DNA of 64,000 nucleotides from Prevotella sp. UBA2756 (GTDB lineage Bacteria; Bacteroidota; Bacteroidia; Bacteroidales; Bacteroidaceae), in assembly GCA_002353205.1 (NCBI GenBank), contig DEJE01000048.1, positions 11,665-75,664 of the forward strand. Direction: 5' to 3'. The translations under genes were made by a program, and so were the position numbers. This document shows positions 36,722 to 50,281 of the stretch, in pieces. How positions within the stretch are numbered: the first letter of the stretch is position 1; each line of letters opens with the position of its first letter. The notes below the pieces were generated by a model. The model was not told the DNA's origin, searched no databases, and saw only the letters and a list, made by a program, of their open reading frames with translations.

Positions 36722-38086
36722 ATGGAAAAGAAGAAAAGCAGCTTGAAGAGCACCATCGCCGTGTCGCTGACCAACTATCTCGACGCAGGTGCCATCGTGG
36801 CCGGAGCCAGCGGACTGACGCTATGGAAAGACTACCTGGGTCTGACGGAAGGCCATCTGGGATGGCTCAATGCCATCAGTGCCAACTGTCTCGGGGCCGC
36901 CATCGGTGCCATCATCGGTGGCTTCTTAGCCGACAAGTACGGCCGTAAGGCCATCTACACGTACAACATGCTTGTCTACATGCTGGGCGTACTGCTCATC
37001 CTGTTGTCAACCAGCTTCCCCACGCTGCTGGCCGGGTTCCTCGTGACGGGCATCTCGGTAGGCGTGGGCGTACCGGCATCGTGGACATACATCTCGGAGA
37101 GCTCCGAAGTGAACAACCGCGGCCGCAACATCGGCATCTCGCAGATGGCGTGGGGCATCGGCCCGACCATCATCCTCATCCTCGGAACGTTGCTCGCACC
37201 ACCGACGGGAGGCAGCGGGACTGAGGGTGTGCTGTTCGGACTGGTGGAGTCGGTGGCTGCGCTGTTCGGCACCACGAGCGGTTCGGCGCTCAACGTATTC
37301 AGCTCGCGCATCGTCTTCGCGTCGCTCTTCGTCGTGGCCTTCATCGCATGGCTGCTGCAACGCCGTCTGGACGAATCGGAGGAATGGAAGTCGATGAAGT
37401 CGAAGAACGCACAGAACGGACAGCAACAGGACACGGGAACATTTGCTTCGTTCGGCTCGCTCTTTACGAACAAGACGAACGTCAAGACCATTCTCTTCCT
37501 TGCCGGCATGTATCTGACGTGGAACCTCGTCTCGTCGGTCATGGGTTTCTTCCAACAGCACATCTATGAGACGGCAGGCGGACTGTCGAACGAATATGCC
37601 AACATGCTTTCGGTGGGTCAGTGGCTCATCATCATCGCCACAACATTCGTCTTCTCGATGATTGTGGACAAGGTGAACCAGCGCTGGCTCTTCTTCACGG
37701 GCGTCATGTTCGCCGTCTTGGCGTGGGTGCTCGTGCTCACCGTGGGCATCACCAGCATCGGCGGACTGCTCATCTTCACACTGTTGTGGGGACTGCAGGG
37801 CGGCATCTCCGTGCAGTCGTTCTATGCGCTGTGGGCTTCCGAGCTGTTCCCAGCCCGCTATCGCGCCGCTGCACAGGGTGTCATGTTCTTCCTGGTGCGC
37901 GGACTGTCGGCTGCGTGGGGCCTGGGCTTCGTCTATATCTACGGCGAACAGGGCGAAGGGTTCACGCGTGCCGCTTGGGTGATGCTGCTGTTGCTTGTCG
38001 TTTCGCTCGTCATCGGCACCACCGGAGCTCCCGACACGCGCGGAAAGACACTCGAAGAGATTACAAAAGAAAGATATGGAGAATAG
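36722..38086 (+). CDS. MFS sugar transporter
   Basis: About 12 TM segments; GGFLADKYGRK, WTYISE, WASELFPARYRAAAQG and PDTRGKTLEEI; start reassigned to ATG 36722. Confidence 0.92.
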   Translation: MEKKKSSLKSTIAVSLTNYLDAGAIVAGASGLTLWKDYLGLTEGHLGWLNAISANCLGAAIGAIIGGFLADKYGRKAIYTYNMLVYMLGVLLILLSTSFPTLLAGFLVTGISVGVGVPASWTYISESSEVNNRGRNIGISQMAWGIGPTIILILGTLLAPPTGGSGTEGVLFGLVESVAALFGTTSGSALNVFSSRIVFASLFVVAFIAWLLQRRLDESEEWKSMKSKNAQNGQQQDTGTFASFGSLFTNKTNVKTILFLAGMYLTWNLVSSVMGFFQQHIYETAGGLSNEYANMLSVGQWLIIIATTFVFSMIVDKVNQRWLFFTGVMFAVLAWVLVLTVGITSIGGLLIFTLLWGLQGGISVQSFYALWASELFPARYRAAAQGVMFFLVRGLSAAWGLGFVYIYGEQGEGFTRAAWVMLLLLVVSLVIGTTGAPDTRGKTLEEITKERYGE

Positions 38087-40124
38087 ACAGGCCACTTGGA
38101 TATGGTATCCGGGCGACTTTGAAGTGTGGTTAGGCAACATCTTCAACAACCGCCGGACGGAGCGGGGAGCCATGTTTCCGCCGTTCTGGAAGCAGGACTC
38201 CCACTGGCCCACGGTGGAGTTCACGAAGACGGTGGAGCTGGAAGCCGACGAAACCATCCACGTCAGCGCCGAAGGGAAATGGAACATTGCCGTGGACGGG
38301 ATGCTGAGGCCGTCGCAATCCACACTGACCATTCCCAAAGGTAAGCACACGCTGAGCTTCAAAGTGTGGAACCAAGCCACGCCCCCGGCGCTGTTTATCG
38401 AAGGGAAGACCATCGTGAGCGATGCTTCGTGGACGACGACGTATGAAGACAAGATATGGATCGACGAGAACGGCGTGGCCCACGGCGCCGGTATTTACGT
38501 GCCTGTGGGGTCGTGGAACTTCAACCGCTGCGACACTCCGCCTTCTCGCTACCACTTGGACTACAAAGAACAACAGCCTGTCGGCAAGGAACAAGTAGCC
38601 GACGGAGTGCTTTACGACTTCGGCCGTGAGACCTTCGGATGCCTGAAGCTCATCGGACTCCGCGGCGGAACGGCCTGCATCTATTACGGTGAGAGCCGCG
38701 AGGAAGCTCTCGACAAGGAACATTGCGAGACGCTCGACGTGCTGGAAAGCAACGACGAGAGTCAGGATGCAAGCGTCTTCCGCCTGGACAGCAAGGCTTT
38801 CCGGTTTGTCTATATAGAAACAACCAATGGCGCACGCTACGACCAAGTGGCCATGGACTACGAATACGCGCCCTTCGACAAGGCGAAAAGCGGATCGTTC
38901 CGCTGCAGCGACGTCGAATTGAACATCATCTGGCAGGTCAGTGCCTACACACTTGAGCTCACCACACGCGAGTTCTTCATGGACGGCATCAAGCGCGACC
39001 GATGGACATGGAGCGGCGATGCCATTCAGTCGTACCTGATGAACTACTATCTTCACTTCGACTCGGAATGCGTGAAGCGCACCATCAGGCAACTGCGAGG
39101 CAAAGATCCCGTCACGGCTCACGTGAACACCATCATGGACTACACCTTCTATTGGTTCAAGTCGGTGCATGACTACTACCTGTATACGGGCGACATCGAC
39201 TTCATTCGGGAAATTTATCCGCGCATGGTGACCCTCATGGACTACTGCATCGAGCGCACGAATGCTGAAGGACTGATGGAAGGACAGCCCGACGACTGGA
39301 TTTTCGTCGACTGGGTAGACTTCCCCATGCACAAGCGAGGCACGCTTTGCTTCGAGCAAATCCTGTTCGCGGAGGCGCTGCGAGTGATGACTGAGTGCGA
39401 CCGCCTTTGCAATAAAGACAGCGACGGCTACTATCAGATGGAAGCGGAGCGCACGCTTAAACGGGTCAAGGAGCTGTTCTGGAGCCCTGACCACCATGCT
39501 TTCCTGCACGCCATGGAAGACGGTGTCATGAACAACCAGATTACCAAGTTTCCCAATATGTTTGCCATCATCTACGGAGATGTGTCTGACGAAGAGTCGA
39601 AACAGGTGCTTGAGCACGTCATGCTCAATCCCGATATTCCCCGCATCACGACTCCCTACATGCGATTCTACGAGCTCGAAGCCCTTTGTATGATGGGACA
39701 ACAGCAACATGTATTGCCCGAAATGAAGGCATACTGGGGCGGCATGCTGCGCGAAGGGGCCACCACTTTCTGGGAAAAATACAACCCGGAAGAAAAAGGC
39801 AAGCAGCATCTGGCCATGTACGGCCGTCCTTACGGCAAGAGCCTGTGCCACGCCTGGGGCGCATCGCCACTCTATATAATAGGTAAATACTTCCTCGGCG
39901 TGCGGCCGACAAAGCCAGGATACGAGGAATATGAGGTGCGACCCGCTCTTGGCGGACTGCAATGGATGGAGGGCGAGGTGCCCACACCGTTCGGTAAAAT
40001 CAGCATCCGCATGGACCATGACAGCATCACCGTGTACAGCGACGGCGGAAAAGGGCGGCTCATCGTCAACGACCACACCGTGTCAATACCTCCTAAGCAA
40101 ACAATAACATTCTCTTTAACATAA
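38076..40124 (+). CDS. GH78 alpha-L-rhamnosidase without signal peptide
   Basis: MENRQATWIWYPGD start; YDFGRETFG, DGIKRDRWTWSGD, GATTFWE and SLCHAWGASP. Confidence 0.9.
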   Translation: MENRQATWIWYPGDFEVWLGNIFNNRRTERGAMFPPFWKQDSHWPTVEFTKTVELEADETIHVSAEGKWNIAVDGMLRPSQSTLTIPKGKHTLSFKVWNQATPPALFIEGKTIVSDASWTTTYEDKIWIDENGVAHGAGIYVPVGSWNFNRCDTPPSRYHLDYKEQQPVGKEQVADGVLYDFGRETFGCLKLIGLRGGTACIYYGESREEALDKEHCETLDVLESNDESQDASVFRLDSKAFRFVYIETTNGARYDQVAMDYEYAPFDKAKSGSFRCSDVELNIIWQVSAYTLELTTREFFMDGIKRDRWTWSGDAIQSYLMNYYLHFDSECVKRTIRQLRGKDPVTAHVNTIMDYTFYWFKSVHDYYLYTGDIDFIREIYPRMVTLMDYCIERTNAEGLMEGQPDDWIFVDWVDFPMHKRGTLCFEQILFAEALRVMTECDRLCNKDSDGYYQMEAERTLKRVKELFWSPDHHAFLHAMEDGVMNNQITKFPNMFAIIYGDVSDEESKQVLEHVMLNPDIPRITTPYMRFYELEALCMMGQQQHVLPEMKAYWGGMLREGATTFWEKYNPEEKGKQHLAMYGRPYGKSLCHAWGASPLYIIGKYFLGVRPTKPGYEEYEVRPALGGLQWMEGEVPTPFGKISIRMDHDSITVYSDGGKGRLIVNDHTVSIPPKQTITFSLT

Positions 40125-40132
40125 GCCAATCG

Positions 40133-42817
40133 ATGAAAAAAGGAATACTATTCTCACTGTTCATGCTGATGGCAACATCGGCCATAGCCAAGGTGAAGGT
40201 CATCGTGAAGACACCGACACCCCAGACGGAATATGCCGCAACGCGCCTGGCAACACTTCAGGGCAATGCTACCATCCGCATCACCGTCAGAAATGAGGGC
40301 GAACCGGAGGCTTTCACCATTCAGGGCAAAGGAAAAAACATCACCATCACGGGCAACGACGGCGCCGGGGCTATCTACGGTGCGAACTACGTGCGTGAAA
40401 ATTTCACAAAAATTTCACAGAACCGAGAGAAATTTGCCATTTCATCGGCACCTGAGATGAAGCTGCGCGGAGCTTGCGTAGGGTTACAGAAGACGGTCTA
40501 CCTGCCCGGACACCGCGTCTATGAGTACCCTTATACGCCCGAAAACTTCCCCTGGTTCTACGACCGGGAGCTTTGGACGCGCTATCTCGACCTGCTGGCA
40601 GAGAACAACATGAACACCGTCTACCTGTGGAACGGCCATCCTTTCGCATCGCTGGTGAAGCTGAAAGACTATCCGTTCGCGCCCGAGGTGGACGACGAAA
40701 CCATGGCGAAGAACCAGGAGATGTTCGGATTCCTCGTCGACGAGGCCGACCGTCGTGGCATCCGCGTCATCCAGATGTTCTACAACATCATCGTCTCAAA
40801 GCCCTTCGCCGACCATTACGGACTGAAGACACAGGACCGCAACCGCCCCATCACGCCGCTCATCGCCGACTACACACGCAAGTCGATTGCCGCCTTCGTG
40901 GAGAAATACCCACGTGTGGGCTTCCTGGTGTGCCTCGGTGAGGCGATGTCGGGACTCGAAACAGACATCAAATGGATGACCGAGACCATCATCCCCGGCA
41001 TCAAAGACGGTCTGAAGGCGTCGGGACGAACGGACACGCCGCCCATCATCCTGCGCAACCACGACACCGATGGCCCCGCAGTGCTGAAAGCTTCGCTGCC
41101 ACTCTACCCGAACATCAACACGATGAACAAGTACACGGGCGAGAGCCTCACCACATACGAGCCCGGAGGACCGTGGGGAGAGACCCACCGCCAGCTGGCA
41201 GCAGCCGCTCCCATACACATCGACAACGTCCATATCCTGGCCAATCTGGAGCCGTGGCGCTGGTCGTCGCCTGCCTTCACGCAGAAAGCCGTACAGGCCA
41301 TGCACCGCGTTCACCACAGCAAGGGGCTTCATCTCTACCCGCAGGCCTCCTACTGGGACTGGCCTTACACCGCCGACCGCCTCGCCGACGGCTCCCGTCT
41401 GCTTCAGATCGACCGCGACTGGATGTGGTACAAAGCCTGGGGACGCTACGCATGGAACTGTCATCGCGGCGACGACAGGGCATTCTGGATCCGTCAGCTG
41501 AGCGACTACTACGGCATCGACAGCATCTCGGCCAGTCATCTGCTGACAGCCTACGACGAAGTGGGCGAGATAGCGCCCAAGCTGCTGCGCCGTTTCGGCA
41601 TCACCGAGGGCAACCGCCAGACGCTTCTGCTCGGCATGAAGATGGCTCAGCTGGTCAATCCCTATAAGTTTACCGTCTACCCGGGCTTCTATGAGAGCTG
41701 CGGACCGCAGGGCGAGAAGCTCATTGAGTACGTGGAGAAGGAATGGAAAGGCGAGCGACACGTGGGTGAACTGCCCCTCGACATCGCACAACAATGCGTC
41801 GACCACGGCATGAAGGCTGCGGAACAACTCAAGGACAGTCTCCAAAAGCCTACCAGACATCAGGATGAACTGAAGCGGGTGCTCATCGACTTCAGCTGTT
41901 ACTTGACTTTTGCCTTCTCGTTTCAGAAGAAAGTGCTGGCCGCCCAGCAAGTGCTCAACTACAAATGGACCAAGGACACGAAGTATCTCGACGCTGCCGT
42001 GCCGCTGCTTGAAGAGAGTCTGGGCGCATGGAAGATGCTCTGCATACTGACCGAGGAGAGCTATCTCTACGCCAACTCCATGCAGACGTCGCAGCGACGT
42101 ATCCCCGTGGGTGGCGACAACGGCAACTTCAAGACCTGGACCGACATGATCCCCGTATATGAGGAAGAGCTTGAAGCCCTGAAGATGAACATCGAGCGCC
42201 TGAAATCGCCGCAAGCCGCAGCCTCGACCATCATCACCGCTGCTGCTCCTGCGACCGTCACACTCATCCATGCCGGCTCTCCCGCAGCCATGACCAACAA
42301 CAACGACGGCGCATCGGTCCCGTTTGCTGCGTTATCTACACAGCCAAAAACACCCCCCACAGCCCTCTTAGCTCGTGACGCCCTCCTTTTCGAGAACCGA
42401 CAGGAGCGCATCGACAGCGTGGCTCCCGAGCTGCGCCGCCTCAGCGGCATCGTCCTCAACCGCGACACCACGCGCATCTCCGGTACCACCATCGTCTTCC
42501 AGTGCGACAAACCGGTGAAGCTGCTCGTCGGATTCTTCCACGACGACGACCCCAAATGGGCCAAGCCGCCGAAACTCGAGACCGATGCCACGGGCAACGA
42601 ATACGGTCAGGCCGAACCTATTCTCACCAATGCCATCGCCATGACCAACATGCCGCCCGTGAATATCCATGCCTACCACTTCGACAAAGGGCGCCACACC
42701 ATCAACCTTCCCAAGGGAATCATCATGGTGGCTGGCTTCACCTCTGACGACATCCGGCCGCGCGACGTCCGGCTGATGGGTGCCGGCGACGATGTGGACT
42801 GGCTCTTCATGAAATAA
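40133..42817 (+). CDS. GH138-like alpha-galacturonidase
   Basis: GH67/GH115-like N-terminus GNDGAGAIYG; YEYPYTPENFPWFYD and FGITEGNRQTLLLG; 894 aa; position in RG-II-like gene order. Confidence 0.72.
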   Translation: MKKGILFSLFMLMATSAIAKVKVIVKTPTPQTEYAATRLATLQGNATIRITVRNEGEPEAFTIQGKGKNITITGNDGAGAIYGANYVRENFTKISQNREKFAISSAPEMKLRGACVGLQKTVYLPGHRVYEYPYTPENFPWFYDRELWTRYLDLLAENNMNTVYLWNGHPFASLVKLKDYPFAPEVDDETMAKNQEMFGFLVDEADRRGIRVIQMFYNIIVSKPFADHYGLKTQDRNRPITPLIADYTRKSIAAFVEKYPRVGFLVCLGEAMSGLETDIKWMTETIIPGIKDGLKASGRTDTPPIILRNHDTDGPAVLKASLPLYPNINTMNKYTGESLTTYEPGGPWGETHRQLAAAAPIHIDNVHILANLEPWRWSSPAFTQKAVQAMHRVHHSKGLHLYPQASYWDWPYTADRLADGSRLLQIDRDWMWYKAWGRYAWNCHRGDDRAFWIRQLSDYYGIDSISASHLLTAYDEVGEIAPKLLRRFGITEGNRQTLLLGMKMAQLVNPYKFTVYPGFYESCGPQGEKLIEYVEKEWKGERHVGELPLDIAQQCVDHGMKAAEQLKDSLQKPTRHQDELKRVLIDFSCYLTFAFSFQKKVLAAQQVLNYKWTKDTKYLDAAVPLLEESLGAWKMLCILTEESYLYANSMQTSQRRIPVGGDNGNFKTWTDMIPVYEEELEALKMNIERLKSPQAAASTIITAAAPATVTLIHAGSPAAMTNNNDGASVPFAALSTQPKTPPTALLARDALLFENRQERIDSVAPELRRLSGIVLNRDTTRISGTTIVFQCDKPVKLLVGFFHDDDPKWAKPPKLETDATGNEYGQAEPILTNAIAMTNMPPVNIHAYHFDKGRHTINLPKGIIMVAGFTSDDIRPRDVRLMGAGDDVDWLFMK

Positions 42818-42825
42818 CGCGAATT

Positions 42826-45800
42826 ATGAAAAGACATCTGTTTACGTTGTTCTTCACGACCGCTTGCCTCTGTGCCGCTGCGCAGGAGGTGCCGAAGGCT
42901 GTCATGGAACATATCTATCAGGAGGTGAAGACGCCCTTCAAGTATGGTCTCGTCGTCGCCCCTGCCGACAACTACCATAAGTTTGACTGTCCGACGGTGT
43001 TCCGCGACGGCAACAAGTGGCTAATGACCTACGTATGCTACGACGGCAAGGACGGCACCGACGGCCGCGGCTACGAGACGTGGCTGGCCGAAAGCGACGA
43101 CCTGCTGCACTGGACCACCAAGGGAAAGGTGCTGCAGCTGCCGTCCACCACGCCTGCCGCCGACTCTCATCCCGCAACATCACCCTCGGGAACACCGGGA
43201 GCCAACACCCGAAGCGTGGGAGACCGCCAACCCGCAATGGCGTGGGACCAGAACCAGCGCGGCGGCTTCCCGGCCCTCATCGACTGGACCTGGGGCGGAA
43301 CCTACGAGATGCAGACCTACAAGAAGCGTCACTGGATGACCTACATCGGCGGTCCCGGCACGGGCTATGAAGCCGTGAACGCACCGCTGAGCATCGGTCT
43401 GGCCACCACGAAAGAGCCCATCACGTCGGCTCATCAGTGGCAGACCTTCGACCAACCACTGCTCAGCTACGACGACCGCGACGCCCAATGGTGGGAACAA
43501 CTGACCCAATACAAAAGCACCATCTACTGGATGAAGGACAAGCAGCAGCAGGTCCGCAAAGGATATCCCTTCACAATGTTTTACAATGCCGGCGGCAAAG
43601 ACGACACACACCCCAAGGGCGAGCGCATCGGCATCGCCGTATCGAAAGACATGCGCCACTGGCAGCGCTACGAGGGGAACCCCGTCTTCGCCCACGACAG
43701 CGACGGAACCATCACCGGCGACGCGCAGCTGGTCGACATGACCGGTGCCGTACCCTACGAACTGAGGAACGGCCAGCCCGTCTATGTCATGTTCTATTTC
43801 TCCGCTTTCAACCCCACACGCGACTACAACGCCTTCAACACCTTCGCCGTCAGCACCGACCTCATCCACTGGCAGGACTGGACCGGTTCCGACCTCATCA
43901 TTCCTTCAAAACCATACGACGAGATGTTCGCCCACAAGAGCTACGTGGTGAAGCACGAAGGCACGGTGTATCATTTCTACTGCGCCGTGAACAACGACGG
44001 ACAGCGCGGCATCGCCGTGGCCACCAGCCGACATCTCGGGAAGAGCGAAGTCTGCTTCCCCACGCCCGAACCTACGGGCCACCGCTTCACGCAGCAGCTC
44101 GCCGACGGGTGGAAGGTGACGCTCCTGTCGACCGAAAAGCCGTTGCCAGCGGCTGCCCGACCGTCGTTCCTCGCCAAAGACAATCTGTCGATCCCCATCA
44201 ACCTCGACGATTACTATGGCACACAGCAGGGCGAACACGGCAACTTGCACGGCGAAGCACTCTTTGAACAAACATTCCGTGCGCCCGACCTCAGCGGGAA
44301 AGCGTTCTTCCTGCGCTTCGAGGGCGTCGGGACCTTTGCCGACATCACGCTCAATGACCATTCTGTCGGGCACTACGACATCGGACGCACCACGCAGACC
44401 ATCGACGTCACACCCTACATCAGGCCAGGACAAGACAACCACCTCAGCGTGAAGGTGAGCCATCCGGCCGCTATCACCAACATGCCGTGGGTATGCGGAG
44501 GCTGCAGCAGCGAATGGGGATTCAGCGAAGGGTCGCAGCCTTTCGGCATCTACCGCCCTGTCGTGCTCGAAGCCACCGACGCAGTGCGCGTTGAACCCTT
44601 CGGCGTCCATGTGTGGAACAACGATGCCTGCGACTCCGTCTACGTGGAAACGGAGCTGCACAACTACGGAAAGGAGACACACCACGTGCAACTGGTCAGC
44701 AAACTGTGCGACAAGAGCGGCAAGCAAGTGGTCCGCCTGACCGAGGAAATCGACATCAACCCCGGCCAGACCGTCACCTGCCGACAAGCGTCACCGATGA
44801 AAGACGCGAGACGTTGGAGCACCGCCGACCCCTACCTCTACGACATGAACACCATCGTGAAGCGCAACGGCAAGGCTACCGAGAGCACACACACGCCCTT
44901 CGGCTTCGTCACCGTGGCGTGGCCCAGTGCCGTCTGTAGCAATCAGATTGCTACAAACATGACTGAAACAGGCAGCAACAAGCCTGACAACGACTCCCAG
45001 CAGTTCCTCCTGAACGGCAAGCCCGTCTTCATCAACGGCGTGTGCGAGTACGAGCATGCCTTCGGGCAGAGCCACGCCTTCACCAACGAGCAGATAGAAG
45101 CCCGCGTGAAACTGGTGAAAGATGCCGGATTCAACGCTTTCCGCGATGCCCATCAGCCGCACAACCTGCACTACCAGGAGCTCTTCGACCGTGAAGGCAT
45201 CCTCTGGTGGCCGCAGTTCTCGGCCCATATATGGTACGACACGCCCGAATTCCGAGAGAGCTTCAAGCGCCACCTGCGCCAATGGGTGAAGGAGCGCCGC
45301 AACTCGCCCTCCATCATCCTGTGGGGACTGCAGAACGAAAGCACGCTGCCGAAGGACTTCGCCGAGGAGTGTACGGCCATCATCCGCGAGATGGACCCGC
45401 GCAGTCGCTCAGGACGCCTCGTCACCACCTGCAACGGAGGCGAAGGCACCGACTGGAACGTCGTGCAGAACTGGAGCGGCACCTACGGCGGCGACATCGA
45501 CAACTACGGCAACGAGCTGAAACGCACCGAGCAACTGCTCAACGGCGAGTACGGAGCCTGGCGCACCGTGGGCAACCACACGGGCGAAGGCTACACCGAG
45601 GAGCGCTTCGCCGACCTGCTCATGAAGAAGGTGCGGCTCGCCGAGAGCGTGCGCGACAGCGTCTGCGGACAGTTCCTCTGGCTCCTCGTCAGCCACGACA
45701 ACCCCGGCCGACGGCAGCCCGACGAGGCCCTGCGCCGCATCGACAAGGTGGGACCCTACAACTACAAGGGTCTGTTCACGCCCTGGGAGCAGCCCACCGA

Positions 45801-46848
45801 CGCCTTCTACCGCTACCAGCAGCACTACAACCCGCAACCCGTTGCGTCGCAGCGCAGCCTAATCGACGAGTCGGTGCTGCGGCCGGCCGACGGTTTCACC
45901 TATCTCTACCGCATCAACTGCGGCGGCGATGCCTACACCGACGAAATGGGCAACCGATGGATGCAGGACAACACCGCGTGGTCGCACTCCTGGGGTGAGC
46001 GTTTCGGATCGCCCTACCAGACGTCGCAGACCGTCAACGACTCGCTTTCCTCGCCGCTCTTCCGGTCGTCGCGCTTCGGACGCCATGAGCTCAGCTACCG
46101 TTTCCCGGCTCATCCCGGACGCTACCGCGTGGAACTCTACTTCGTGGAACCGTGGTACCGGCAGGCCGATGCGGAAGGTCTTCGCATCTTCGACGTCGCC
46201 GTCAACGACAGCACCGTCGTCCGCGACCTCGACATCTGGGCACAAGTGCACTACGGAAAGCCCTACAAGCGGGTCATCGACATCGACAACAAAGCCAGTG
46301 AAATAAAGATCGACTTCCCGAAGGTGAAGGCCGGACAGGCCATGATAGCCGCCATCGCCATCGCCACGAACGATTGGAAGACCAACTACCGTCAGTCAAA
46401 CCTATCCCCATCACCTTACAGTTCCGTAAACGGCGGTATTTCCGCCGTCCCCACCACCCTGTGGGCCGACTTCGCGAAGGACATCCTCGTGAAGACCCCC
46501 GACTCGCTCTTGCCCCCGAAGAGCAGTGCAGCCTTGGAGGTGGAGGGCCGCAAGGTGCGCAACCGCATGGAATGGGACTTCACCGTCGGCGTGGCCAAGG
46601 TGTACGCCCTGCGCTGGAAATACTACAACCCCGAGCAACCGCGCACGCTCCACGTCCGCATCACCGACGCGAAGGGCGTGGTCTACAAGGACGACGACGT
46701 CACCTTCCTGCAGACGCAGCAGAAGAAGACGAAACGAAAGACGACGAGCATCACCACAGGCACGCAGATCAACGCGGGCACCTACCACGTCGTGCTCACG
46801 GGCGACGGCCTTCCCGCGATGCTCTTCGACAACCTCACCATCGAATAA
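42826..46848 (+). CDS. Multimodular GH137 (beta-L-arabinofuranosidase-like propeller) - GH2 - malectin/CBM57 protein
   Basis: N-terminal KTPFKYGLV, DCPTVFR and GRGYETWLA; GH2 NAFRDAHQPH and WGLQNE; malectin YRINCGG, YRVELYFVEP and RIFDVAVN. Confidence 0.8.
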   Translation: MKRHLFTLFFTTACLCAAAQEVPKAVMEHIYQEVKTPFKYGLVVAPADNYHKFDCPTVFRDGNKWLMTYVCYDGKDGTDGRGYETWLAESDDLLHWTTKGKVLQLPSTTPAADSHPATSPSGTPGANTRSVGDRQPAMAWDQNQRGGFPALIDWTWGGTYEMQTYKKRHWMTYIGGPGTGYEAVNAPLSIGLATTKEPITSAHQWQTFDQPLLSYDDRDAQWWEQLTQYKSTIYWMKDKQQQVRKGYPFTMFYNAGGKDDTHPKGERIGIAVSKDMRHWQRYEGNPVFAHDSDGTITGDAQLVDMTGAVPYELRNGQPVYVMFYFSAFNPTRDYNAFNTFAVSTDLIHWQDWTGSDLIIPSKPYDEMFAHKSYVVKHEGTVYHFYCAVNNDGQRGIAVATSRHLGKSEVCFPTPEPTGHRFTQQLADGWKVTLLSTEKPLPAAARPSFLAKDNLSIPINLDDYYGTQQGEHGNLHGEALFEQTFRAPDLSGKAFFLRFEGVGTFADITLNDHSVGHYDIGRTTQTIDVTPYIRPGQDNHLSVKVSHPAAITNMPWVCGGCSSEWGFSEGSQPFGIYRPVVLEATDAVRVEPFGVHVWNNDACDSVYVETELHNYGKETHHVQLVSKLCDKSGKQVVRLTEEIDINPGQTVTCRQASPMKDARRWSTADPYLYDMNTIVKRNGKATESTHTPFGFVTVAWPSAVCSNQIATNMTETGSNKPDNDSQQFLLNGKPVFINGVCEYEHAFGQSHAFTNEQIEARVKLVKDAGFNAFRDAHQPHNLHYQELFDREGILWWPQFSAHIWYDTPEFRESFKRHLRQWVKERRNSPSIILWGLQNESTLPKDFAEECTAIIREMDPRSRSGRLVTTCNGGEGTDWNVVQNWSGTYGGDIDNYGNELKRTEQLLNGEYGAWRTVGNHTGEGYTEERFADLLMKKVRLAESVRDSVCGQFLWLLVSHDNPGRRQPDEALRRIDKVGPYNYKGLFTPWEQPTDAFYRYQQHYNPQPVASQRSLIDESVLRPADGFTYLYRINCGGDAYTDEMGNRWMQDNTAWSHSWGERFGSPYQTSQTVNDSLSSPLFRSSRFGRHELSYRFPAHPGRYRVELYFVEPWYRQADAEGLRIFDVAVNDSTVVRDLDIWAQVHYGKPYKRVIDIDNKASEIKIDFPKVKAGQAMIAAIAIATNDWKTNYRQSNLSPSPYSSVNGGISAVPTTLWADFAKDILVKTPDSLLPPKSSAALEVEGRKVRNRMEWDFTVGVAKVYALRWKYYNPEQPRTLHVRITDAKGVVYKDDDVTFLQTQQKKTKRKTTSITTGTQINAGTYHVVLTGDGLPAMLFDNLTIE

Positions 46849-50130
<3,282 letters not shown>

Positions 50131-50162
50131 ACGACGGCCGCCATATCGTATATGTACAGACG

Positions 50163-50207
50163 AATCAAGGGCAGATTCCATTGTGGGGTCTGCCCTTGAT
50201 TTGTGTT
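50163..50207. terminator. Hairpin terminator between convergent GH2 and PL1 genes
   Basis: AATCAAGGGCAGA / TCTGCCCTTGATT stem followed by a T-rich tract. Confidence 0.7.
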
Positions 50208-50281
50208 TGCGACATCCATCACAGACTCGGTCTGTCGATGAAAAGCACCTCGGATGGTGGTGCCGCTGGGGAAAACCAGTC

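Noticed and set aside
20722-38086. Extended N-termini in the ORF track (lepB from 22335, MFS from 36200, GH78 from 37995)
   Set aside because: The extensions overlap upstream genes or repeats; internal ATGs with AT-rich leaders fit better.
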